A DNA stretch of 64,000 nucleotides from Candidatus Altimarinota bacterium. Its GTDB lineage: Bacteria; Patescibacteriota; Gracilibacteria; UBA1369; GCA-2718715. The position numbers and the translations under genes were made by a program. Below are positions 40,841 through 51,248 of the stretch, one piece after another. Location of the stretch: contig JBESAV010000001.1 of assembly GCA_041242255.1 (NCBI GenBank), forward strand, positions 896,001 through 960,000. Reading direction: 5' to 3'. A model generated the notes under the pieces. It was not told the DNA's origin. It was given only the letters and a program-made list of their open reading frames with translations, and searched no databases. Position 1 is the stretch's first letter. Every line of letters begins with the position of its first letter.

Positions 40841-41461
40841 ATGGACTTCTCAAAAATCGTACAAAATCGCCGTGCCTGCCACTATTTCCAACCCGGAGTA
40901 AAAATCCCTCAAAAAGATTGGGAACAAATCTTTCAAGAAACCTCCCTCTCACCTTCCGGCTACAACTTACAACCATGGGAATTCATCCTGATTCAAGAAA
41001 CCAAAAACATCCAAAAAATCTCAGAAATAGCCTACAACCAAAGACATGTGCAAGATGCCTCAGCTATAATAATTGCTCTTGCTGACACCAAAATAGACCG
41101 TCACGCCGACCGCATTACCCAACAATGGCTAGACCACAACTACCTAACCCCAAAGAAAGCTGACAGCTTCAAAGCTTCCCTCACTAAAGAAAGACCTCAA
41201 GAAAAAAACGAAATCATGGCTCTGCGCAGCACATTACTTGCCTGCATGACCCTAATATACTCAGCTGAAAACCTAGGCTACGCCACCTGCCCAATGATGG
41301 GCTTCCGCCAACTCCAAATGAAAAAACATCTAGAAATACCCGACGACAGAAAAATAGCTTTAATGATCGCCATCGGAAAACGAGCCAAAGAACCGCTTCC
41401 AAGATTACCTAGAAAAACCTTTGAGGAATTAATTCACTTAGAGAAGTTTAAAGAGAAATAG
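40841..41461 (+). CDS. Nitroreductase family protein
   Basis: RRACHYF, SPSGYNLQPWEF, GYATCPMMGF, RLPR. Confidence 0.92.
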   Translation: MDFSKIVQNRRACHYFQPGVKIPQKDWEQIFQETSLSPSGYNLQPWEFILIQETKNIQKISEIAYNQRHVQDASAIIIALADTKIDRHADRITQQWLDHNYLTPKKADSFKASLTKERPQEKNEIMALRSTLLACMTLIYSAENLGYATCPMMGFRQLQMKKHLEIPDDRKIALMIAIGKRAKEPLPRLPRKTFEELIHLEKFKEK

Positions 41462-42077
41462 TATTATCTCTCAAAACCAGCCCCAGTCTCCCACTAATAT
41501 CCTCCTTTATCGACTTCAAAATCTCTCCTACCTCCAAGCTTCCATCCACTTCCACTACTCTACCGGACTCAAAGCTTTCTTCCATAAACTCCTCATACTC
41601 ATCAAAGTATTGAAGAATGTTATTTCTTCTGAACTCAGCTTTCCAGTTTCTTTCACCGTTTAACCTTTCTAGCAAAGTATCACGATCAACCCTCAAAAAA
41701 TAAACTACATCAGGCAAAAATGGTCTCTCAACATTCATACCAGTAAACCTTTCACTGAAAAACTCATTCGACAAATAACATCTATCCATAAGCATAACTC
41801 TATTTCCAAACAATAAATCAAACTCATACAATTCTTCATTTATTGTTGAAAAAGCCTGACTCCAATCTTCTGATCTAGTCAGCCTATCTTTACTGAACTT
41901 TCTCCAATATTCACTGTAAGGATCATAATAATCAGTGTTCTCAACACCTTTTCCTGATCTACAAGCAGCCCCACGCACAATAACTGGCTCAAGCTTTTGA
42001 GTCTCAAACCAGTCTTTCAGTAATGCCAATTGAGTGCCTTTTCCTGACCTATGCATTCCTTCTAAAGCTACTCTCAT
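41448..42077 (-). CDS. Thymidylate kinase-like P-loop kinase (divergent)
   Basis: ALEGMHRSGKGTQ, MDRCYLS, PDVVYFL.V...LLERL, VDGS. Confidence 0.75.
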   Translation of the reverse strand: MRVALEGMHRSGKGTQLALLKDWFETQKLEPVIVRGAACRSGKGVENTDYYDPYSEYWRKFSKDRLTRSEDWSQAFSTINEELYEFDLLFGNRVMLMDRCYLSNEFFSERFTGMNVERPFLPDVVYFLRVDRDTLLERLNGERNWKAEFRRNNILQYFDEYEEFMEESFESGRVVEVDGSLEVGEILKSIKEDISGRLGLVLRDNTISL

Positions 42078-42133
42078 TTTTCAGTTCTTATTATTTACAA
42101 ATCTAATCTACCTAATATAAACCAACATTGAAA

Positions 42134-43588
42134 CTATCTTTTTCTACCACCACGATTACGGCCACCTCCACCTCTTCTTCGCCTTCTTCTACCACCTGAT
42201 CTTCCTCTTCTACGAGATCTACCACTTCTACCTCCACCTTTTCTGTCTAGATCTTTTATAAATCTTGAAAGTTTTTCTCCATATACTCCAATCTTATCTG
42301 GACCATCAACGCTAAATTCATCACTAACCAGATTCAAACTAACCAACTTCATAAACATTTCTTCCAAGTCCATCTCTTTTCCAAACTGCTTTGCAAATTC
42401 AACAGCTTCCTTACTTATCTTTTGATTTCTCAAAGATTCCATCAAACTATCCAGTTTCCCTGAAGCCAATGAACCTTTCGAAGGAAGTTCGACGTAAGAC
42501 ATTCTTTCACCCACATCTTTTCTAATCTTTCTAAGATCTCTATTTTCTCTTGGTGTAACCAAAGTAATGGCTTTCCCAGATTTACCTGCACGACCAGTTC
42601 TACCAATCCTGTGTACATAACTATCTGAATCAAAAGGAATATGGAAATTAATTACATGAGTAATCTCCTCCACATCCATACCACGAGCAGCAACATCAGT
42701 TGCCACTAAAACTTCTACATCTTTATTTTTAAAACTATCTAAAACTTTTTCCCTATTTCTTTGGTCAATATCTCCATGCAAAGCCTTAGCCACATAACCA
42801 CGTCCCATCATCAAAGATGAAAGACGATCTACTTCTCTTTTAGTTCTACAGAAAATCACAACTTTATCAAAATCTTCCGCATCTAAAAGTCTGAAAACAG
42901 CATCATCACGCTCATTTTCTTCAATCACACAATAAAGCTCTTCAATACTATCATTAACTCTACGAGCATCATTATCTACCAAAGAAATATGCTCTGGATC
43001 AAACAAAATATTTCTACTCAAATTTTTAATCTTATCAGACATAGTCGCAGAAAAAAGCAGTGTCTGCCTTTTCTTAGGAGTAAAACTAATTATCTCATGA
43101 ATATCATCCGAAAACCCCATATCCAACATCTCATCTGCCTCATCCAATATCACCACTGATGGTGCAAAATCTTTAATTTTCTTACCCTTAAGAAGATCAA
43201 GCATTCTCCCCGGAGTGGCAACAACAACTTGTGCTCCTCTTCGAATATGATCAATCTGTCTTTTATAAGAACTTCCACCATAAACAGTAACAGTCTTGAT
43301 ACCAAGATTCTTACCAAAATTATACAATTCATCACTAACCTGATTTGCAAGCTCTCTCGTTGGAGTCATCACCAACACCTGCACTTCTTTTTTAGTTGAT
43401 AAATTATTTAGCACAGGCAAACCAAAAGCAGCTGTTTTACCAGTACCAGTATGTGCTTGTGCAATTAAATCTTTCCCAGCCAAAACAACCGGAATAGCTT
43501 TTTCTTGAATAGGACTCGGCTCTTTAAAGCCCATCTTATCAATACTTTCTAAAATTTCTTTTTTTAAACCTAAATTTTTAAAACTCAT
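42134..43588 (-). CDS. DEAD-box RNA helicase with Arg/Gly-rich tail
   Basis: Q motif PSPIQ, AHTGTGKT, PTRELA, TPGR, DEAD, SAT, ARGMD, HRIGRTGR. Confidence 0.96.
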   Translation of the reverse strand: MSFKNLGLKKEILESIDKMGFKEPSPIQEKAIPVVLAGKDLIAQAHTGTGKTAAFGLPVLNNLSTKKEVQVLVMTPTRELANQVSDELYNFGKNLGIKTVTVYGGSSYKRQIDHIRRGAQVVVATPGRMLDLLKGKKIKDFAPSVVILDEADEMLDMGFSDDIHEIISFTPKKRQTLLFSATMSDKIKNLSRNILFDPEHISLVDNDARRVNDSIEELYCVIEENERDDAVFRLLDAEDFDKVVIFCRTKREVDRLSSLMMGRGYVAKALHGDIDQRNREKVLDSFKNKDVEVLVATDVAARGMDVEEITHVINFHIPFDSDSYVHRIGRTGRAGKSGKAITLVTPRENRDLRKIRKDVGERMSYVELPSKGSLASGKLDSLMESLRNQKISKEAVEFAKQFGKEMDLEEMFMKLVSLNLVSDEFSVDGPDKIGVYGEKLSRFIKDLDRKGGGRSGRSRRRGRSGGRRRRRRGGGGRNRGGRKR

Positions 43589-43596
43589 ATTTTTTA

Positions 43597-43685
43597 TTAA
43601 TCGAATAGTTTTATCAACTACTCAGCATTCTTCCAGTCTAATCCTCAAGCTATCCTTTCAACAAGAATGCGATAATCCGACTAAT
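43597..43685 (-). promoter_or_regulatory. Putative structured 5' leader of the DEAD-box helicase
   Basis: Three nested helices on the minus strand (see findings). Confidence 0.45.
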
Positions 43686-43814
43686 TTTCTCCTTTCATTG
43701 ATTTTACGAAGCACACAGTAACACCCTTAACCATAAAACACAATAAAATTAAAATATTGCAAACAAAATAAATCCCACATGAAACTAACCTAAAGGTTTA
43801 TAGACCTTAATTTA

Positions 43815-45485
43815 CTAAAGCCCGCCACCTCTTACACTTGGCTCTCTGAATGAAAGCTCATAACTATAAGTATAATCAGGCCTTTCCTCAGCTGTATACT
43901 GACTATTTAAATATCTATTAATAGCTCTTTCAATCTCACTATCAACTATCACATTATCGGAGATTTGTTCTTTAGCTGACTCTGGCAAAGACAACCATAT
44001 ATTAAGATCATACAAGTCCTCACCTTCTACATCCAATCTCCTTACATCAGACCTAATAACATACCAACCTTGTGCAAGCTGGGACTCTAAAAACTCTCTA
44101 ACATCTTCTTCCATAGACTCAGCATCTTCATCAACTTCAGCTACATAATTCAAAGGCACCCAGCTCAACTGAAACCGAACCTCTTCAAACTCATCAAATA
44201 AATCATCTAACAACTCTTCCTTTTCAGCATCACTAAAATCTTCGTTATCCTCCAAAGCATACACAAGCCTCAACCTTACATTATCTTCTTCCCTCAAACT
44301 TTCATAATTAACCAAAACCTTTCCATCATACTCTGCAAAAGTTTTCCTTACAAAATCACCAATCATTCCCTCTAATTCCTGATTATCATCAATTTGCTTA
44401 TTCAAAGTAGCTGTTCTAATAATATCTAAATTCAAATTAACCTCCCTATCTAGTCCTGTAGAAACCAAATCAATAAATCTCTGCAAATCAGTCTCAAACA
44501 AAGTAACTTCCTCAGGCACCCTCAAGTCCAATCCAATCTCAATCTCATTTGGACTACCATTTACTTCAAGCTCACTTATCTCACCAGAAGGAATCACAAC
44601 CGCTAAAGAATTATCCAACTGATCCTCTACTGTATTATATAAGCTAATCCGAGACTGCTGAGCCTGTATACTCGCCACCAAAGGAACCGAAAGTCCAACA
44701 GTTACAACAAGTAAAAACATTCCCCTAGCAATCACACTATATGACTTTTCTTTATGCGGATGAAAACCATACAAGATAAACATTAAAACTCCCACCAAAA
44801 TAATCGCTACAATATTTGTTGTATACAAAAGCGTAGCCCCTAATGCTTTTTCAATATTTCCAAAACCAATCTGAATTCCAATTACCCCAAGCGGAGGCAT
44901 CAAGGAAGCAGCCATCGCCACCCCTGCAACACTTTGAGATAACCTCTTATAAACTAAAGCAAGTAATGCTATTACCGCAGAAAAAGCAGCTATAAACAAA
45001 TCATATATATTCGGACTCACTCTCGCCAAAATCTCTGAAGTCTCTACCTGCAAAGGCACCAGTAAAACAACAAACATAGCAATACCAACCGACAAAATAG
45101 AACTAGCCACAATCACACCCAAAGCCCTCCAAAACAAAGAACTTTTCCCTTCTGTTATAGCAAAAGCAAGAGCCTGCAAAGGTATAAATAAAGGCGCCAA
45201 AAGCATCGCTCCAATTACTACAGCAACGGAATTTTGTAGAAGCCCCAAAGTCGCAATCAAAGCTGACAATACAATCTGAGACCAATACAAAAGATCAACC
45301 TTTGAATCTTCCACCACAGTCCTAGAAATCTCTTCTTTTCCTTCATTACTTTGATCCATTAATGCAATCTTCTCAAAAGCATATGCTAATCTCTCATTCC
45401 ACTTATCCCAAAAATCTTTCCCTTTCTCATCAATGGTTTTATCTAGATCCCCCAAAACTTTATCCTCTTTTTTATCAGTATTCAT
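43815..45485 (-). CDS. DUF389 (TIGR00341-like) membrane protein with large C-terminal extension
   Basis: IATLGLLQNSVAVVIGAMLLAPL, EILARVSPN, GVAMAASLMPPL. Confidence 0.88.
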   Translation of the reverse strand: MNTDKKEDKVLGDLDKTIDEKGKDFWDKWNERLAYAFEKIALMDQSNEGKEEISRTVVEDSKVDLLYWSQIVLSALIATLGLLQNSVAVVIGAMLLAPLFIPLQALAFAITEGKSSLFWRALGVIVASSILSVGIAMFVVLLVPLQVETSEILARVSPNIYDLFIAAFSAVIALLALVYKRLSQSVAGVAMAASLMPPLGVIGIQIGFGNIEKALGATLLYTTNIVAIILVGVLMFILYGFHPHKEKSYSVIARGMFLLVVTVGLSVPLVASIQAQQSRISLYNTVEDQLDNSLAVVIPSGEISELEVNGSPNEIEIGLDLRVPEEVTLFETDLQRFIDLVSTGLDREVNLNLDIIRTATLNKQIDDNQELEGMIGDFVRKTFAEYDGKVLVNYESLREEDNVRLRLVYALEDNEDFSDAEKEELLDDLFDEFEEVRFQLSWVPLNYVAEVDEDAESMEEDVREFLESQLAQGWYVIRSDVRRLDVEGEDLYDLNIWLSLPESAKEQISDNVIVDSEIERAINRYLNSQYTAEERPDYTYSYELSFREPSVRGGGL

Positions 45486-45509
45486 ATATTTTGTTATCAC
45501 ATTATTATA

Positions 45510-45962
45510 TCACATTCCTTCCCATACTAAAAGAACCTCCTTTAGTTTCAAATCATAAAAATACCCACCTAGTTTCCCACCAGAAGCTACAACTCTATGA
45601 CAAGGAATTACAAATGCAAAAGGGTTTCTAGAGCATGCATTTGCTACAGCCCTGAAAGACCTAGGCCTACCAATCTCTTCAGCAACCTCCCCATAACTCC
45701 AAGCCTCACCGCGTGGTATTACACATATTTTCTTCCAAACACTTTCCTGAAACTCAGTTCCACTCCAGTTAAATCTATCTAAATGCTCAGCTACTTCTGT
45801 CTTACCTTCTACACAATCTTCTAAAAACCCTAAGTCATTCTCAGATAACTCATCACCTATCCAAACAAATTCAACCTCAGGCTTACCAGTTATTTCAAAC
45901 TTATCTAAATATATTTTCTCATATTTACCCCCAACTTTTCTAACCATCACCCAGATTCTCAT
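45510..45962 (-). CDS. ogt: Methylated-DNA-protein-cysteine methyltransferase (start uncertain)
   Basis: GTEFQESVW, IPRGE..SYGEVA, RAVANAC..NP, IPCHRV. Confidence 0.9.
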   Translation of the reverse strand: MRIWVMVRKVGGKYEKIYLDKFEITGKPEVEFVWIGDELSENDLGFLEDCVEGKTEVAEHLDRFNWSGTEFQESVWKKICVIPRGEAWSYGEVAEEIGRPRSFRAVANACSRNPFAFVIPCHRVVASGGKLGGYFYDLKLKEVLLVWEGM

Positions 45963-46042
45963 TGTTGTAAAGTTAACTTTCAAAACCTATGGTGACTATA
46001 CTCTCACCTCAATATATAATCAATTCAAACTAATTTACAAAA

Positions 46043-47293
46043 ATGAATTCTAACCTCCAAAGCCAGATCAAGTGTCCTCATTGCCAAAACCAGATAAGCT
46101 TAGACCAAGCACTCCAAGGACAACTCCAAGAACACATGCAACAAGCTATCAAAGACCAAGAAAAAGAATACAAAGCTTCCATACAAGAGCTCAACAAAAA
46201 ACTTGAATCCCAACAACAAAACCTCCAAAAAAAACATCAAGAAGAACTTCAAAAGAAAGAAAATCAGATCAAAAAAGAACTATGGGAAAAAGCTCAACTT
46301 GAAGCCAAAAAGAAACAAGACCTACAAGTAAAAACCCTCCAAGATCAAACCAAAGAGCAAGAAGAACTAATCCAAAAACTCTCCAAAGAACAATCCGAAT
46401 TACTCAAACAACAACGCCAACTTCAACAAAAAGAAAAACAACTCGAATTAGACTTACAAAAAAGACTAAACCAAGAAACCGAAAAAATACAAAAAGAACT
46501 CACCAAAAACCTCCAAGAGGAACAAGCTCTCAAAATCAAAGAAAAAGACCAACAAATGGAGCAACTTCGAAAAACAATCGAAGAACTTAAAAGGAAATCA
46601 GAACAAGGATCTCAACAAACCCAAGGTGACGCCTTAGAAAACGACATTAAAGAGATTCTTCAAAGAGAATTCTTCCAGGACAATATCGAAGATGTACCAA
46701 CCGGAATAAAAGGAGCAGACCTAATCCACAAGATCAATAACTCTCTAGGCCAACACAGCGGTACTATTCTGTGGGAGATCAAAAACACTAAAGCCTGGAA
46801 TCAAGATTGGATCAAAAAACTCAAAGACGACCAAGCCAAATCACAATCAGATCTGTGTATCATCGTATCCAGAACATTACCAGATGACATAGAAAACTTC
46901 GCCTTCCAAGATGGAGTTTGGATAACTCACACACGTTACGCTCTTGAAGTAGCTAGATTAACTCGGAAATACATTCTAGACCTATCCAATGCTAAAGAAT
47001 CACAAGCTAACAAAGGCTCCAAAATGGAACTCCTCTACGACTACCTATCATCCAAGCAATTTAAAAACAGAATTGAAAATATCGTTTCAGCATTCGACAC
47101 AATGCGTACAGATTTAGAAAAAGAAAGAAGAGCCATGGAAAGAATTTGGGCTAAAAGATCAAAAGAAATTGATCGTGTAATTCTAAACACCTCAGGTATG
47201 CACGGCGACTTCCAAGGAATAATTGGAAACTCACTCGACCACATCAACCTTCTTCAACTTGAAGAAGATGTATCGCTAGATGATATTGCTTGA
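46043..47293 (+). CDS. DUF2130 coiled-coil protein
   Basis: IKCPHC, long Q/K/E coiled coil, GSQQTQG..LE, GAD, ILWEIKNTKAW...WIKKLKDDQ. Confidence 0.88.
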   Translation: MNSNLQSQIKCPHCQNQISLDQALQGQLQEHMQQAIKDQEKEYKASIQELNKKLESQQQNLQKKHQEELQKKENQIKKELWEKAQLEAKKKQDLQVKTLQDQTKEQEELIQKLSKEQSELLKQQRQLQQKEKQLELDLQKRLNQETEKIQKELTKNLQEEQALKIKEKDQQMEQLRKTIEELKRKSEQGSQQTQGDALENDIKEILQREFFQDNIEDVPTGIKGADLIHKINNSLGQHSGTILWEIKNTKAWNQDWIKKLKDDQAKSQSDLCIIVSRTLPDDIENFAFQDGVWITHTRYALEVARLTRKYILDLSNAKESQANKGSKMELLYDYLSSKQFKNRIENIVSAFDTMRTDLEKERRAMERIWAKRSKEIDRVILNTSGMHGDFQGIIGNSLDHINLLQLEEDVSLDDIA

Positions 47294-48681
47294 TTCTTTC
47301 TCCATACATAAGCACTCAATAGCAAAATCATCACCAAGACATATAAAGACACTAGCAAACCTCTATCTAAACCATCCAACTCTACCACTAAAAACTCCCA
47401 TCTACTCACAAGCTCAACAATCACAAAGAAAACTCTTCCTAAAATTTCAATTATAAAAACGACCAGCCACGTAAATACACCAAATGGAAAAATAAACTCC
47501 CCAAGAAAAACTAAAACTCCTAAAAACATTAAAACCGGTAAAAAAGGGGCCACCAAAACATTTGCCACCGGAGAAACCAAAGAAAAATAATCAAACTTCA
47601 AAAGTATCAAAGGAGTAGTAAAAACTTGAGCAAACATAGTCATCAAAAAAGCTTCTTTTAAACCAAGGAAGTCTTTTTCCGGATCAAAATCAATAATTTT
47701 ACCACCCATTACTACACCAATTGTAGCTAAAACAGATAAATGAAATGATGCATCGAAATACAAATAGGCAGGATTCCAAAACCCCATCATCAAAACACAT
47801 ACCAATAAAATCCTCCAAAAATTTCTCACATTACCAGACCTCACACCCCACAGTGTCAAAACACCCATTATACAAGCTCTCAAAACACTTGCAGATAACC
47901 CTGTTAAGAACGCAAATCCAACCAAACTTAAAACCTCAATATAAAATCTAGACCTCCTTGGCACCCACCAAAACAACTTTTCAATAACCAACAAAACTAA
48001 AGCCACATTATATCCAGAAACCGCAATAATATGAGTCAAACCAGTTCTGGCAAAATCATCCATTATATCCTCAGCAAAACCTCTCCTTGAACCCAAAATA
48101 ATACCATTCATCAAACTACTAACCGGCTCCAAAAGAACATCATCAAAATAACCAATAGTATAATTCTTAAAGCGTAAGATACTTTTCCTCAAATCAAAAC
48201 CACCTCTCACAAATTCAATCAATTCTCCTACACACAACCCTTCAACCTTAAAAATCCTCAAATAATTTTTATACGAAAAACCATCCTCCTCAAAAGGCTC
48301 CTCTAAAACACAATTCAAAACAACTTCATCTCCTATCTCAAACATATTCTCCAAATCATCCTTCCACAAAATCCGAGTATCAAACTCATCACTACACACC
48401 ACATACCTAACGTCATTTCGCCTAATATCAGGCTCCAAACAAATTTCACCAGAAACTATGACCACATCACCATTATCCAATACACCATCCAATTCCCCTA
48501 CTCCCATAAAACTAAAAACTCTCAAAATCACAAAACCAACTAACAACAAATACCACCAACTCAAGCTATACCCCTTACATAAAGTCAATAATAAACATAA
48601 CCCTAAAACACTCCACCAGAAAGGCACATAAAAAATTAAATAAAAACATCCAACCAAAAATACTAAAAATGTTAATTCCAA
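47254..48681 (-). CDS. comEC: Competence protein ComEC (no lactamase domain)
   Basis: GLTHIIAVSGYNV, SVLRACIM, DASFHLSVLAT, ANVLVAP. Confidence 0.9.
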   Translation of the reverse strand: MELTFLVFLVGCFYLIFYVPFWWSVLGLCLLLTLCKGYSLSWWYLLLVGFVILRVFSFMGVGELDGVLDNGDVVIVSGEICLEPDIRRNDVRYVVCSDEFDTRILWKDDLENMFEIGDEVVLNCVLEEPFEEDGFSYKNYLRIFKVEGLCVGELIEFVRGGFDLRKSILRFKNYTIGYFDDVLLEPVSSLMNGIILGSRRGFAEDIMDDFARTGLTHIIAVSGYNVALVLLVIEKLFWWVPRRSRFYIEVLSLVGFAFLTGLSASVLRACIMGVLTLWGVRSGNVRNFWRILLVCVLMMGFWNPAYLYFDASFHLSVLATIGVVMGGKIIDFDPEKDFLGLKEAFLMTMFAQVFTTPLILLKFDYFSLVSPVANVLVAPFLPVLMFLGVLVFLGEFIFPFGVFTWLVVFIIEILGRVFFVIVELVSRWEFLVVELDGLDRGLLVSLYVLVMILLLSAYVWRKNQAISSSDTSSSS

Positions 48682-48820
48682 TAATTCAAACTTAGTAACA
48701 ACTCAATTTTAAATCTCACAATTTACCAAAACTTTAAAACCAAGCCACAAAAACCTAAAAAAACAAATTCTTTTTCCTAAAAGTTTGCTAGAATACACTC
48801 ACATTCTCGTAATTCAATTT

Positions 48821-50404
48821 ATGAATTTTCAAAGTCATAAAGTTCCCAAAAACAAACTTAGCAAAGAAGATAAACCTAAAAGAAAGATAAGATACAAACT
48901 GATATTGATACTTTTAATACTAATATCAGGTACCACATTTGCCTTAAAATCCGAACTACCACAAAAGGTCATTAAAGATGCAGTCGTAAACAACATAGCC
49001 AAAGAACTCAAACAAGATGAACTCGGCTACACAAACTTCCTACTCATGGGAACCGGAGGAGAAGGCCATGACGGAAGCGACCTAACAGATACTCTAATTA
49101 TAGCTTCAGTAAATCCATCAACCTCATCAAGCATCCTTACTTCAGTACCACGTGATTTATACGTATCCCATCCAGAGATTATCTCCCAAAGAATAAATAG
49201 CGTATACGCAAACCAAAAATATCAATCTTCACACCAAGAAGCAGCTCTAGTTCTCGAAGAAGTTTTAGAAGATCTTACCAATATCGATATTCACTATAAT
49301 ATAAAAATAGACTTCCAGGCCCTCGTAGAAATAGTCGACGAACTAGGTGGAGTTACAGTCGAGAACCAAGAAGCTATTTATGATCCTGAATATCCAGGAC
49401 CAAATCACACCTATCAAACCTTCTCACTACCAAAAGGTATTCAAGAACTTGATGGAGCAACAGCACTTAAATTTGCTAGAAGTAGAAAATCCACAAGTGA
49501 TTTCGACAGATCCAGACGTCAACAACAACTTATCTACGCAATGAAGGATAAAGCAATCAAAAGTAACCTAACTTCAAATCCAACCTTATTAACCAACATT
49601 TACCGAAGTGTATCCGAACATATTGAAACAAACTTAGAGCTCAGAGAAATTCTTACTTTAGCCAAACTTGCTCAAGAATTCCCAGTTGAAGGATTAGTCA
49701 ACCTACCAGTACACGATGACCCAAACCAAAAAGGAGGATTCTTATACAATCCACCAAGATCAGAATACTCCAATGCCTACGTACTTATCCCAGCAGACAC
49801 AACAAATAGCCAAATACACACCTACTTCAGCCTACATCGTAAGTACCCATTCTCAATGGAATCAAATGCAGAAATCAATCTATTCAACGGAACAGACATT
49901 AACGGCTTTGCTGGATCAGTTAAACAAAACCTAAAACGCTTTGGATTCACTGTTAACCGCACAGCCAACGCAGACAATGACCAATACGAACTTTCTCAAA
50001 TCGAAATCATTGGTCAAAATGAACTATTAGCTCAACAAGTAACAGAAAGTATAAATCAACTACTTGAAATACCAACATCTCAAATCACCTACACTCCCAT
50101 AGAACTAGATGAAAACCAAACACCTGTCCAAGAATCAGATATACTAACTGATCAAGTTACAATCAATATAACTCTAGGACAAGACCTCAAAGAAATAACT
50201 CAAAAACTCGATGTTTACTCTTCTCTAAACAGTCGAATTCAACAAGCAATCCAAGAAAACCGAGAAGCTCAAAACCCAACCGAAAGCGAAGAAGAAACAG
50301 ACGAAGAATCAACAGAACCTCAAGAAGAATCATCTGACTCAAGTGACGAAAATCAAGAAAACCCAGAAAGTACTTCTGAAACAGAAGATAATCCAACTAC
50401 ATGA
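48821..50404 (+). CDS. LytR-CpsA-Psr (LCP) family protein with LytR_C domain
   Basis: N-terminal TM; LTDTLI, SVPRDLYV, DGATALKFARSR, SDFDRSRRQQ; LFNGT..NGFA. Confidence 0.92.
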   Translation: MNFQSHKVPKNKLSKEDKPKRKIRYKLILILLILISGTTFALKSELPQKVIKDAVVNNIAKELKQDELGYTNFLLMGTGGEGHDGSDLTDTLIIASVNPSTSSSILTSVPRDLYVSHPEIISQRINSVYANQKYQSSHQEAALVLEEVLEDLTNIDIHYNIKIDFQALVEIVDELGGVTVENQEAIYDPEYPGPNHTYQTFSLPKGIQELDGATALKFARSRKSTSDFDRSRRQQQLIYAMKDKAIKSNLTSNPTLLTNIYRSVSEHIETNLELREILTLAKLAQEFPVEGLVNLPVHDDPNQKGGFLYNPPRSEYSNAYVLIPADTTNSQIHTYFSLHRKYPFSMESNAEINLFNGTDINGFAGSVKQNLKRFGFTVNRTANADNDQYELSQIEIIGQNELLAQQVTESINQLLEIPTSQITYTPIELDENQTPVQESDILTDQVTINITLGQDLKEITQKLDVYSSLNSRIQQAIQENREAQNPTESEEETDEESTEPQEESSDSSDENQENPESTSETEDNPTT

Positions 50405-51246
50405 TAGAAATCATATTATCCATATTTATCAATTTATTGTTCAACCCACACTCAGCTGATCTACAAGCAACTCAAGCTGAACAAATCACTCAACCAACTT
50501 TCATCTCTAGCGAAAGACCAGTTTTAACTGCTAAAAGTTATCTACTATTCGATCAAAACTCAAATTCAGTACTAATTTCCGAAAACCCTAATCAGAAACT
50601 ACCAATTGCCAGCCTAACTAAACTCATCACAGCTCACATCATTTCTCAAGAAAACGACCTTCAAGAAGTTGTAACCGTACCACTCGAAGCTACTCGAGTT
50701 GGTGGATCAACTATGTATTTAAGAGCAGGAGAAAGAATCACTATTGAAAATCTACTTAAAGGTCTTCTAATAAACTCAGCTAATGATGCAGCCATAACAC
50801 TAGCCGTTCACAACGCAGGAAGCACAGAAGAATTTGTCCAAAAAATGAACCAGTATGCTCTTGATTTAAACATGAACGATTCACACTTCAGCAATCCAAT
50901 GGGGTATGACTCACCTGAAAATTACTCAACCGCAAGCGACCTTCTTAATATAACACTACAAGTTATCCAAAACCCAAACCTCACAAACTTCGCTAATATC
51001 CAATCAACCACAGTAACCTCATCTAACGGACTCATTTCACATAATCTCAGAAATACAAATAAAGAACTACAAAACTTCCAACAAATCAACGGTCTTAAAA
51101 CTGGTACAACCAACACAGCCGGACAATGCCTAATCTCTACAACCAATCAATCCAACCCTCAAATATCCATAATTATAGGTAGCAACAGTCGTTTCCAAGA
51201 CACAAAAACTATGCTAGATTGGGCCAAAAATAACATTAAGTACTAG
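50401..51246 (+). CDS. D-alanyl-D-alanine carboxypeptidase (peptidase S11)
   Basis: ASLTK (SxxK), SAN (SxN), KTG. Confidence 0.92.
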   Translation: MIEIILSIFINLLFNPHSADLQATQAEQITQPTFISSERPVLTAKSYLLFDQNSNSVLISENPNQKLPIASLTKLITAHIISQENDLQEVVTVPLEATRVGGSTMYLRAGERITIENLLKGLLINSANDAAITLAVHNAGSTEEFVQKMNQYALDLNMNDSHFSNPMGYDSPENYSTASDLLNITLQVIQNPNLTNFANIQSTTVTSSNGLISHNLRNTNKELQNFQQINGLKTGTTNTAGQCLISTTNQSNPQISIIIGSNSRFQDTKTMLDWAKNNIKY

Positions 51247-51248
51247 TT

